A stretch of 64,000 nt of DNA from Patescibacteria group bacterium. GTDB taxonomy: Bacteria; Patescibacteriota; Patescibacteriia; PEXW01. Position 1 is the first letter of the stretch; each line of letters opens with the position of its first letter. The notes under the pieces are model-generated. The model saw only the letters and a list, made by a program, of their open reading frames with translations. It had not been told where the DNA came from and ran no database searches. This document shows, piece after piece, positions 42,796 to 52,857 of the stretch. Location of the stretch: NCBI GenBank assembly GCA_041665345.1, contig JBAYJA010000001.1, positions 329,206 to 393,205 of the forward strand, read 5' to 3'. The translations under genes and the position numbers were made by a program.

Positions 42796-43152
42796 ATGAA
42801 GAAATGCCCATACTGTAAGGAAGACATTCAAGATGATGCCATCAAGTGTAAGCATTGCGGTAGCATGTTTAAAATTGATGCAGAGAAAGCTTCTATTTCT
42901 ACCAAAGAAGTTCCAAATTGTGGTCTATGTGGTAGTGTGATGAAGAAGTCCAAAGAGGCAAAATCTGGTGGTATGGGCTGTCTTCTGCTTATTATTGGTG
43001 TGCTACTTTGTCTGACGTTATACGGTGCCATTATTGGTATCCCACTAATTATCTATGCCCTCCATCTTGGAAGTAAGCGACGTGGTTTGTGGGTCTGCAC
43101 AAAATGCGGGCACCAGGTTGAACGTAAGATTAAATGGAACGAGTGGGGGTAG
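42796..43152 (+). CDS. double zinc-ribbon membrane protein (AT-rich gene)
   Basis: CPYC...CKHCG and CGLCG...CTKCG pairs flanking a TM helix; low GC. Confidence 0.5.
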   Translation: MKKCPYCKEDIQDDAIKCKHCGSMFKIDAEKASISTKEVPNCGLCGSVMKKSKEAKSGGMGCLLLIIGVLLCLTLYGAIIGIPLIIYALHLGSKRRGLWVCTKCGHQVERKIKWNEWG

Positions 43153-43170
43153 AGTAGTGTCATTTTATAA

Positions 43171-45222
<2,052 letters not shown>

Positions 45223-45294
45223 TTACGTTCTGAGCTTGTGTGAGAGATGAGATATTAAGTTCTGTACAAGTTAGTATTTTTGTTAGTTAGATAT

Positions 45295-45322
45295 TGACAT
45301 CTTGAAATGGAATCTATACTAT
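45295..45322 (+). promoter_or_regulatory. sigma70-like promoter TTGACA-N16-TACTAT
   Basis: Upstream of the hicB-like gene in an AT-rich islet. Confidence 0.45.
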
Positions 45323-45370
45323 GAGATACTCTCCATAAGGAATGAGAATAGTCGAAAGAAGGATAATTTT

Positions 45371-45730
45371 ATGAATATTTTTAGCTTATTCAAGCCTAAA
45401 AAACTCGATCAAGAAGCTTTTGAGGCCTATTGGCATAGGCTTCCAAATAATCTTGCGATTCAGTGGTTTCGAGATGGTAAATATATTGTTGGCAACATTC
45501 AAGCCGAAGGAGAGGTATTTATGACCCAGGGACGTACTGCTGATGAATTCATTGATATGGTCAATGAAACTGTTTACGCTGTTTACAATATTCCCAAAGA
45601 ATATTTTAGTCTTTTGAAACTTTCTAAAGAGTTTAAACCAGTACCGGAGGAGTATGCAAAATTACATAATGCTAGCATTCATGAATCTTCACTTTCTTTG
45701 AAGAAATCGATCAAACCCCAACTAGCATGA
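45371..45730 (+). CDS. HicB-like antitoxin (UPF0150 / RNase H-like fold)
   Basis: KYIVGNIQAEGEVFMTQGRTADEFIDMVNETV matches the HicB N-domain pattern (...G.V..PELPG..TQG.T.EEA...). Confidence 0.45.
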   Translation: MNIFSLFKPKKLDQEAFEAYWHRLPNNLAIQWFRDGKYIVGNIQAEGEVFMTQGRTADEFIDMVNETVYAVYNIPKEYFSLLKLSKEFKPVPEEYAKLHNASIHESSLSLKKSIKPQLA

Positions 45731-45736
45731 TAAGGT

Positions 45737-45988
45737 ATGGGGACGTATGCAAATGTGAAATATAGGAAGCTTGCAGGTGGACTACTTCGGTGGCTTGCAA
45801 GTAAAGAAAATGTAGAAGTGCTCACTGGCGGGAAACATGTTATTGTAGTTCGGCATGCATTTGCGGAACGGCCTTTCCCTATACCGAAGCTAGGTAATGA
45901 AGTAAATAAGCACATTATTGCAAGTTTCCAAAAGTGGTTAGAAAAACTTGGAGTCTGTTCGAAAGAAGAGTTTGACGAAAGATTGTGA
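45737..45988 (+). CDS. HicA/YcfA-like toxin
   Basis: GGKHVIVVRH...IPKLGNEVNKHIIASFQKWLEKLGV resembles the YcfA/HicA pattern GSHHI...P.H..dl..gtl..ilkqaGl. Confidence 0.45.
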   Translation: MGTYANVKYRKLAGGLLRWLASKENVEVLTGGKHVIVVRHAFAERPFPIPKLGNEVNKHIIASFQKWLEKLGVCSKEEFDERL

Positions 45989-46074
45989 ATAAAAAAACAC
46001 CACTTGAAGACAGTACATCAAGAGGTATTTTTCGTCGTGATTCACTAAGAGTATACACCATAAAACAGTTATAG

Positions 46075-46869
46075 ATGACTTATTCCACTGTACTGGATAT
46101 ACGCGCTCTCCGGACGCCCGCCCCTCGTTCCCACAAGTGGCAGAACGGGGCGGTCTTGGTGATTGGTGGGTCTCACCGGTACCACGGTGCGCTCATGCTG
46201 GCGGCGCAGACGGCTAGTGCGTTTGTGGACATGGTGCACGTTGCTTCACCAGAGGACTATGGTTACTTGCTGCCCAAACTCCGCAAGCAGAGTATGACCT
46301 TCATTCCGGTGTTCCGGAAAGAGCTGGGGACGTACATTGGGCATGTGGACGTAGTACTCATGGGTCCGGGCTTGGAAGTGAACCCAGTAAATCGTACATT
46401 GGTTAACCAACTCCTGCGGAAGTATCCTGAGAAACGCTTTGTGCTGGATGCTGGAGCATTCCGCATGGCAAATCTCAAGTACATTGGACCGCACTGCATA
46501 TGCACACCCAACGCGCGGGAGTTCATAGATGTGTTTGACCTACAGCCAACCGCTACCAATGTGCGCCGGGTTGCAAAAACCTACCAGACCAATATCCTGG
46601 CCAAGAGTGCAGTGAGCTTTATTTCTACACCCACAAAGTTTGCCGAGAATCACGCAGGTCATCCAGGTCTGACCAAAGGCGGGACAGGGGATATTCTGGC
46701 TGCCCTGGTCACCTCGTTCTACACCAAGAATGATGCCTTCCTAAGCATGAAAGCCGCTTCTTTCCTTCTGGGCACAACAGCTGAGCAGCTAGCCAAAAAG
46801 CGTTCGTATGCGTACTCGGCTGAGGATTTACTGAAAGCCGTACCCGAAGTGTTTGGACAGCTCCGGTAG
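46075..46869 (+). CDS. nnrD: ADP-dependent NAD(P)H-hydrate dehydratase (YjeF C-terminal domain)
   Basis: HKWQNGAVLVIGGSHRYHGALMLA, GPGLEV, LTKGGTGDILAALV motifs. Confidence 0.8.
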   Translation: MTYSTVLDIRALRTPAPRSHKWQNGAVLVIGGSHRYHGALMLAAQTASAFVDMVHVASPEDYGYLLPKLRKQSMTFIPVFRKELGTYIGHVDVVLMGPGLEVNPVNRTLVNQLLRKYPEKRFVLDAGAFRMANLKYIGPHCICTPNAREFIDVFDLQPTATNVRRVAKTYQTNILAKSAVSFISTPTKFAENHAGHPGLTKGGTGDILAALVTSFYTKNDAFLSMKAASFLLGTTAEQLAKKRSYAYSAEDLLKAVPEVFGQLR

Positions 46870-46879
46870 AATCCTGGAT

Positions 46880-46908
46880 TTGACAGGGTAGTTTGAAGGT
46901 TGTATAGT
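46880..46908 (+). promoter_or_regulatory. sigma70-like promoter TTGACA-N17-TATAGT upstream of secE-nusG-rplKA
   Basis: Consensus -35 and good -10. Confidence 0.55.
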
Positions 46909-46993
46909 CACCCCATCACGTCCCGCCCGGGCCGATTTTAGAAATCGAGAATGCTGGGTGTGTGGACGACATCGCATTTTTCCTAAGGATTCT

Positions 46994-47179
46994 ATGGCAT
47001 TTTTGCCAAAATACTTCCGTGAGAGCTACGAGGAACTGAAGAAGGTTTCTTGGCCTTCACGTAAGCAAACCATCAACGACACCCTCTTGGTCATCGCCGT
47101 TTCTGTGGGCGTTGCAGCTTTCCTGGGCGCTCTGGATATTGGTCTTACCTCCGCTCTCAACAAGCTCGTTATCCGATAA
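46994..47179 (+). CDS. secE: preprotein translocase subunit SecE
   Basis: 61 aa, single C-terminal TM, conserved position before nusG. Confidence 0.8.
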   Translation: MAFLPKYFRESYEELKKVSWPSRKQTINDTLLVIAVSVGVAAFLGALDIGLTSALNKLVIR

Positions 47180-47183
47180 GTGT

Positions 47184-47729
47184 ATGCCAAAACAAACCGT
47201 CCAACATGGTCGCAAGTGGTACGTGCTGCACACCTACTCTGGGTACGAAGAGAACGTGGCGCGGAACCTACGCCAGCGTATTGAATCCATGGACATGCAG
47301 GACAAAATTTTCAGTGTCCTGATTCCCACGGAGAACAAGATTAAAATCCGGAATGGCAAGCGCCGTGTGGTTACGGAGAAGATTTTTCCGGGGTACGTGC
47401 TGGTGGAAATGATTGTCACCGACGACTCCTGGTACGTCATCCGCAATACGCCGAACGTTACCGGGTTTGTGGGTTCGGGAACTACGCCAACGCCAATTTC
47501 CGAAGAAGAGGTGAAGGAAATTCAGAAGCGCATGGGTGTGGCTGAGCCGAAGTTCAAGATTGATATCATGGTGAACACACCCGTGAAGATTACTGACGGG
47601 CCGTTCAAAGACTACGAAGGCAAAGTGTCTGAAGTTGATGAAGCGCGCGGTAAGGTCAAAGTGCTGGTTTCCATGTTCGGCCGGGAAACGCCGGTTGAAC
47701 TCGACTTCCTCCAGGTTAAGAAGATATAG
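47184..47729 (+). CDS. nusG: transcription termination/antitermination factor NusG
   Basis: NGN domain (KWYVLHTYSGYE) and C-terminal KOW motif (GPFKDYEGKV). Confidence 0.92.
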   Translation: MPKQTVQHGRKWYVLHTYSGYEENVARNLRQRIESMDMQDKIFSVLIPTENKIKIRNGKRRVVTEKIFPGYVLVEMIVTDDSWYVIRNTPNVTGFVGSGTTPTPISEEEVKEIQKRMGVAEPKFKIDIMVNTPVKITDGPFKDYEGKVSEVDEARGKVKVLVSMFGRETPVELDFLQVKKI

Positions 47730-47735
47730 AATTTT

Positions 47736-48161
47736 ATGGCGAAGAAGATTAAGACAGTTGTCAAACTCCAAATTGTGGGTGGCCAGGCAAACCCGGCCCC
47801 TCCAGTGGGTACAGCCCTTGGGCCCCACGGCTTGAACCTTGCAGAATTCTGCAAGCGGTTCAACGATGCCACCAAAGATCGCATGGGTGAAGTTACCCCA
47901 GCAGAAATTACCATCTACGAAGACCGAACCTACGAGTTCATTCTGAAGACCGCACCCGCGGCTGACCTGTTGAAGAAGGCGGCGAAGATTGAGAAGGGTT
48001 CAGCCAAGCCATTGCAGGATAAGGTTGGCAAAGTGACCAAGGCACAGATCAAGGAAATTGCGGAAAAGAAAATGCCTGACCTGAACGCCAAGGATTTGGA
48101 AGGCGCCATGCGGATTATTGAAGGCACGGCCCGCAACATGGGTTTGACTGTTGTAGACTAA
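47736..48161 (+). CDS. rplK: 50S ribosomal protein L11
   Basis: [32 protein letters not shown]... Confidence 0.95.
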   Translation: MAKKIKTVVKLQIVGGQANPAPPVGTALGPHGLNLAEFCKRFNDATKDRMGEVTPAEITIYEDRTYEFILKTAPAADLLKKAAKIEKGSAKPLQDKVGKVTKAQIKEIAEKKMPDLNAKDLEGAMRIIEGTARNMGLTVVD

Positions 48162-48165
48162 TTCC

Positions 48166-49023
48166 ATGTCTGACCAGAGTTCCAGCATTCGGCACCTGTA
48201 CTTCTACCTCGTCGCGTTCATCGCGCTGGGTTTTGTGGTGGGTGCTTCGGTGTACATTCTCAACTTCGTGGGAAAGGTGAGTGTCTTCCCAGAAGCAGAA
48301 GTTTCGTTCCGTGGAACACCGCCTGGACTCTTCTTCAACCCAAGTAAAGATGGAGCAGCCCCCATTCTCACGGTTACCTGTACTGATACCTGCTCGCTGA
48401 CGGAAGCTGACCGCACGAGTATTCGTGACTGGCAAGCAAACTACACGTCGTGGCAAGACCAACCTTCACGTTCTACCAACCGCAATCGAGGGTTGGTGAA
48501 TGCATTGTCATTCCTCATTGTTGCCTTGCCGATTTTCTGGTTCCACTTCCGCACCGCACAACGTGATTTCAAAGCAGAGGCGCAGCAACCACAGCCGGAT
48601 CCCAAACGAGCAGGCCGGACTATCCGAACATTTTACTTCTACTTGGTTGCCTTTGCGGCCATTGTCATGTTCATCATTTCCGCAGGGGTGACCATCAACA
48701 CAAGTCTGCGTACCTGGCTACTTGCTGAGGGGTCAACGACGAATGAAATTGCAAAGCCATTTGCTAGTAGTGGAACGTCGGACACGGAAGGCGTAACCTC
48801 GCTGGCTGCATGTGCGGAGAAGTGTAAGCTGGATACAACGCTTGTTACACAGCTTGCAGACTGGCAAGTAGACTACGATCAAGCAAAAGCGGAGATGGAA
48901 CAGCAGCGCACAAAAGATTGGCAGCGGACCCTCGCCATGTCCATTCCTTTCCTGCTCGCGAGCATCCCGCTTTTCTGGTTGCATTGGCTGGTGATTCAGC
49001 GCGAGCGCAAACAACTTACCTAA
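48166..49023 (+). CDS. internally duplicated membrane protein inserted between rplK and rplA
   Basis: Two homologous halves (IRHLYFYLVAFIALGF...PIFWFHF and IRTFYFYLVAFAAIVMF...PLFWLHW) each with a Cys-pair ectodomain. Confidence 0.55.
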   Translation: MSDQSSSIRHLYFYLVAFIALGFVVGASVYILNFVGKVSVFPEAEVSFRGTPPGLFFNPSKDGAAPILTVTCTDTCSLTEADRTSIRDWQANYTSWQDQPSRSTNRNRGLVNALSFLIVALPIFWFHFRTAQRDFKAEAQQPQPDPKRAGRTIRTFYFYLVAFAAIVMFIISAGVTINTSLRTWLLAEGSTTNEIAKPFASSGTSDTEGVTSLAACAEKCKLDTTLVTQLADWQVDYDQAKAEMEQQRTKDWQRTLAMSIPFLLASIPLFWLHWLVIQRERKQLT

Positions 49024-49085
49024 CTATTTCTATGTGGGAGTCCTCCTCGTCGGCGGACGTTAACACCACGTAACACTTCATCCGT

Positions 49086-49769
49086 ATGGCACAGCACAGT
49101 AAGCGCTACCGCGAGGTAGCCAAGAAAATCGACTCGACCAAGACGTACCCGCTCGCCGAGGCCGTAGCTTTGGCACAGGAAACCGCAACCACCAAGTTTA
49201 CGGGCAGCGTGGAACTGCACATTCGTCTGGGGATTGACCCCAAGAAAGCAGATCAGCTTGTCCGCGGATCCGTGGTTTTGCCGCATGGGACAGGCAAGAG
49301 CAAGCGCGTGGCTGTCTTTGCCACAGGCCCAGCCGCAGAAGCCGCGAAGAAAGCCGGTGCGGCCGTGGTGGGTGGGGAGGAGCTCATTGCTCAGGTGAAG
49401 CAGAAGAATGGCATTGATGCGGACGTCGTGGTCGCTACGCCAGACATGATGAAACTGTTGAGCGGGGTGGCAAAAATTTTGGGCCCCCGCGGTCTCATGC
49501 CAAACCCCAAGAACGAGACCGTGACCCCAGACGTGGCCAAGGCTGTGAAAGAACTTGCCGGTGGCAAAGCAACCTTCCGCAATGATGAATCTGGGAATCT
49601 GCACCAAGCAGTTGGGAAAACGAATTTTACCGCCGAGCAAATTGCGGCAAATGCTCAAGCCTTCTTGGATGCGGTTCGGCGCGTGAAACCCGCTGCGGTG
49701 AAGGGAACCTACCTTCGCACGGTCACCCTGACCACCAGCATGGGGCCAGGGGTGAGAGTGCAGGTGTAG
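49086..49769 (+). CDS. rplA: 50S ribosomal protein L1
   Basis: Canonical L1 sequence (…GSVELHIRLGIDPKKADQ…). Confidence 0.95.
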   Translation: MAQHSKRYREVAKKIDSTKTYPLAEAVALAQETATTKFTGSVELHIRLGIDPKKADQLVRGSVVLPHGTGKSKRVAVFATGPAAEAAKKAGAAVVGGEELIAQVKQKNGIDADVVVATPDMMKLLSGVAKILGPRGLMPNPKNETVTPDVAKAVKELAGGKATFRNDESGNLHQAVGKTNFTAEQIAANAQAFLDAVRRVKPAAVKGTYLRTVTLTTSMGPGVRVQV

Positions 49770-49884
49770 TTTTTCGGTTTTGGTGGGGCAGCGAGTATGG
49801 TGAATGGTTGTTGTTGAAGTCAGCCCAAACCCAAACCTCCAACCATACGAGCGTCCACACCCAAACCATGTAACCCACCAAACT

Positions 49885-50358
49885 ATGCCCAAGCGCGAAA
49901 ACTACCTTTCCTGGGATGAGTGCTTCATGCAAATGGCGCACCTCATTGCCGAACGTTCCAAAGACCCCAGCACCCAAGCTGGAGCAGTGATTGTGAATGA
50001 CAACAAGATTGTGGTGGGTTTGGGCTACAATGGCTTTCCCCGTGGCATTAAAGACGATGAACTGCCATGGGAACGGGAAGGCGCCATGCTGGACACGAAG
50101 TACGCCTACGTGGTGCACGCTGAGGAAAATGCCGTGTACAACGCCAATGCCAGCACCAAAGGCTGCACGCTCTACACCACGCTTTTCCCCTGTAACGAAT
50201 GTGCAAAAACCATTATCCAGAATGGAATTACCGAAGTGGTGTACACCTCTGACAAGTACAGCGACACGGATATTTGGAAAGCGTCCCGGAAGTTACTCTC
50301 CCTAGCAGGGGTAACCTGCCGATTATTCAACCCACAATTCAAACTCAAATTAGTATAG
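49885..50358 (+). CDS. deoxycytidylate (dCMP) deaminase
   Basis: HAEENAV and PCNECAK zinc-binding motifs; ATG at 49885 preferred (ORF open from 49804). Confidence 0.85.
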   Translation: MPKRENYLSWDECFMQMAHLIAERSKDPSTQAGAVIVNDNKIVVGLGYNGFPRGIKDDELPWEREGAMLDTKYAYVVHAEENAVYNANASTKGCTLYTTLFPCNECAKTIIQNGITEVVYTSDKYSDTDIWKASRKLLSLAGVTCRLFNPQFKLKLV

Positions 50359-50359
50359 T

Positions 50360-50917
50360 ATGGTCATTGGCATTACTGGTTTACCCGGCGCAGGGAAGGG
50401 GACGGCTGCAGCGTACCTGGTGGAAAAGTACGGCGGCGTGTCCAAGCAGTTTTCTGGGCCCTTGCGGGACATTGTGAAGCGCTTGCACCAGTCTGTGACG
50501 CGGGAGCACTTGCAGGAGCTTGCCAAAGCTTTGCGCGGGATTTTTGGGAATAATGTGCTGGCCGAGACGCTGCTCGGGGATCTGAAAGCCGATACCACGC
50601 CGCTGGTGGTTATGGAGGGTTTTCGGTACCACGATGAGTACAAAATATTGCGGCAACACCCAGACTTCCAATTTGTGGCAATTGAAGCTTCGTTTGAAAC
50701 CCGGCTGGGGCGTATCCAGCAACGCACGGAAAATGTGGGTGATGGGCAAATCACAGCCGAGTCTTTTGCCAAGCAGCATGAGCACGAAACCGAGAAAGCC
50801 ATTCCAGAGCTCATTGCTTTGGCTGACCATCACATTGATAACAGTGGCAATGTTACCCAGCTTTACGCACAGCTTGATGCGCTGATGACCAAACTCGGCC
50901 ATGCACCTAAGAGTTAA
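50360..50917 (+). CDS. P-loop nucleoside/nucleotide kinase-like protein (paralog A of three)
   Basis: GITGLPGAGKGT Walker A; shares ...DGFR..DE....R..PDF..V.I.A....RL.RI..R... with the genes at 55322 and 55892. Confidence 0.55.
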   Translation: MVIGITGLPGAGKGTAAAYLVEKYGGVSKQFSGPLRDIVKRLHQSVTREHLQELAKALRGIFGNNVLAETLLGDLKADTTPLVVMEGFRYHDEYKILRQHPDFQFVAIEASFETRLGRIQQRTENVGDGQITAESFAKQHEHETEKAIPELIALADHHIDNSGNVTQLYAQLDALMTKLGHAPKS

Positions 50918-51323
50918 ACTTCTGCACCCAGACGCAACCCTGCCCAAGTACGCCCACGACGGCGATGCGGGGTTTGATGTGTTTGCGAAAGAGGATGTCA
51001 CCATCCCAGTTGGTGAGCGTCGGGCGATCTACCTTGGCTTTTCCGCGGAAATCCCCGACGGAACAGTCGCGCTAGTTTGGGACAAAGGGGGGATTGCCGC
51101 TAAGCAAGGTATAACCTCACTGGCCGGTGTTATTGATGCCGGGTACCGGGGGGAGTGGTTGGTGGTGTTGCATAACCTTGGTTCTGAGCCGTTCACTTTT
51201 GCCAAAGGCATGAAGGTTGCACAAGTACTCATTCAGCAGGTGGAGCGCCCAACCATTGAAGTTGCTCAGGAACTTTCCGAAACCGCCCGCGGGGCAGGGA
51301 AGTTCGGCAGTACAGGCCAATAA
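50901..51323 (+). CDS. dut: dUTP diphosphatase
   Basis: GFDVFA, AGVIDAGYRGE, C-terminal RGAGKFGSTG motifs. Confidence 0.9.
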   Translation: MHLRVKLLHPDATLPKYAHDGDAGFDVFAKEDVTIPVGERRAIYLGFSAEIPDGTVALVWDKGGIAAKQGITSLAGVIDAGYRGEWLVVLHNLGSEPFTFAKGMKVAQVLIQQVERPTIEVAQELSETARGAGKFGSTGQ

Positions 51324-51387
51324 GATGATCGAAACGTGGGTAGCCAAAGCCCTCGCTTTGGCAGTATTGGCGTACGTTTTTTACCAA

Positions 51388-51417
51388 GTGGGTAGCCCGG
51401 GTCCTTTGACCCGGGCA
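51388..51417 (+). repeat. 30-nt palindromic repeat, copy 2
   Basis: gtgggtagcccgggtc-cttt-gacccgggca; differs from copy 1 only in the loop. Confidence 0.8.
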
Positions 51418-51483
51418 TTTGGCCTCCCGCCTTGACTAGCTTCAGACATAGCGTTAGGGTCAAAGCAAACTGAAGGAGGTTTT

Positions 51484-51771
51484 GTGGTAAAAGCAGTTCT
51501 TTGCAAGCTCGTTTCCTCGAATGATACCGGGGAGCACGAATGTCCTGATGGCTCAATGGTTGGCGATCTCATTCGGCAAGCCAAAATACCTTTTGACCTT
51601 GATTCCGAAAAGGTGATTCGGGTGCACCTCCCGGAAGATGGGCGAGCTGCATGGGTTGAAACCGTAGGAATGAGTGATGAAGTTGACTATGGTGACTTTG
51701 TGGGCTACATCATTGTGCCAAAGACCTTTATTCTCTACGAACATTTGAGTAAGCCCATAAACGAGACCTAG
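51484..51771 (+). CDS. hypothetical small protein
   Basis: GAAGGAGG RBS plus GTG; 95 aa; followed by a terminator. Confidence 0.45.
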   Translation: MVKAVLCKLVSSNDTGEHECPDGSMVGDLIRQAKIPFDLDSEKVIRVHLPEDGRAAWVETVGMSDEVDYGDFVGYIIVPKTFILYEHLSKPINET

Positions 51772-51787
51772 TTGCTATCCTGGCATG

Positions 51788-51816
51788 AGCCGACATTCTT
51801 CTAGTGTCGGCTTTTG
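51788..51816 (+). terminator. rho-independent terminator
   Basis: gccgaca-ttcttctag-tgtcggc followed by TTTTG. Confidence 0.7.
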
Positions 51817-51819
51817 ATC

Positions 51820-51847
51820 TTGCCAAATTCTTCAAACATGCTAAGGT
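51820..51847 (+). promoter_or_regulatory. promoter TTGCCA-N16-TAAGGT (copy 1 of a duplicated promoter module)
   Basis: attgccaaattcttcaaacatgctaaggta; near-identical module at 52821. Confidence 0.5.
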
Positions 51848-51953
51848 ACATCCTTCTTTGAAAACTAAAGAAATCCACGCGCATTTTTGTGTAATTGTTG
51901 TAACCCGGCCAGCCCAGCATGGGCCAGCCACAACCACGAAAGGTAGGCCAGTC

Positions 51954-52757
51954 ATGAAAAATGACAAGCCAACTTTGACTTCAGGGATTCCACGCGGAGT
52001 GGAAACGCAAACCCTTTTGGCGCTACAAAAGCAAGGAGTCTCAATTGCTGACTATGCTGCCATAGGTACAAATTTTGCCCTGCGTGTCGAAATCGTTGCG
52101 ACGCTCATGAAACACCGATTGTTCGCCACGCCAGAAGAGCAAATGACTAGTCTGCTTCGTATTAACGAACAGGTCTGGAAAGACCCGACTATCACTATGG
52201 CGGCAATGAAAGCCATTGGCGATCCTCCGCCGTGTCCAATGCTAGATGAAATACACCTGTATTGCGTCGTCCTGCTATCGGAAACCGGGGATCCAATCCG
52301 GACCTTTGCACGTAATTGGGCAGCCTGCGAGTTCGTCCATAGTGGCAACACGTGGAAGTACGATGGTCTGGTCTTCACCCCTCAGATTGTGCGTGTTCGG
52401 GAGAAAGCCATCCCTCGTCCCGTTGGCCTCCGTTGGGCGATTGCCGAACTGGGTCGCACGTATCTATACGACGACAAAATACCAGATGTGTTAGCAGAAC
52501 TCGATCGAACCCAAACCATGGTTATGGGTCAGGAATTACCACTCATTGCAGCATTGCATCCAAAATGGGTAACGCAAATGAACACGACAGATATTCCTCC
52601 CGTATTTGCGCCTGACCTTGAGGTTTCACTCATCGGGGAGAGTCATTACGACCATCGGCCGTTACTCTTTTTCAGGAACCGTGGTGATGGAGTGGGGCTT
52701 ATTCCGGACCTCATTGGCCGTACAAACGACGGCTATAGCTTTGGCTTCTTCCGCTAG
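51954..52757 (+). CDS. hypothetical protein
   Basis: 267 aa from the internal ATG (ORF open from 51804); no recognised domain. Confidence 0.45.
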   Translation: MKNDKPTLTSGIPRGVETQTLLALQKQGVSIADYAAIGTNFALRVEIVATLMKHRLFATPEEQMTSLLRINEQVWKDPTITMAAMKAIGDPPPCPMLDEIHLYCVVLLSETGDPIRTFARNWAACEFVHSGNTWKYDGLVFTPQIVRVREKAIPRPVGLRWAIAELGRTYLYDDKIPDVLAELDRTQTMVMGQELPLIAALHPKWVTQMNTTDIPPVFAPDLEVSLIGESHYDHRPLLFFRNRGDGVGLIPDLIGRTNDGYSFGFFR

Positions 52758-52820
52758 TTTGAAATGTATTCCGCCGATCCTTTTCGAGGCAGCACATACC
52801 CGTGTTGCCTCTTTTTCATA

Positions 52821-52848
52821 TTGCCAAATTTCTAAAACGTGCTAAGGT
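52821..52848 (+). promoter_or_regulatory. promoter TTGCCA-N16-TAAGGT (copy 2)
   Basis: attgccaaatttctaaaacgtgctaaggta immediately upstream of the ThyX-like gene. Confidence 0.5.
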
Positions 52849-52857
52849 AGTTCCGCC

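Noticed and set aside
46870-46995. Looked for a tRNA (for example tRNA-Trp) upstream of secE, as in many bacteria
   Set aside because: No cloverleaf-compatible sequence or GTTCnAnnC T-loop found; the region holds a consensus promoter and a leader instead.
49020-49892. 290-aa minus-strand ORF
   Set aside because: Antisense to rplA.
51325-51435. Small ORF (36 aa from ATG 51325) after dut
   Set aside because: It is largely encoded by the 30-nt palindromic repeat and has no RBS, so it is more likely a non-coding element.
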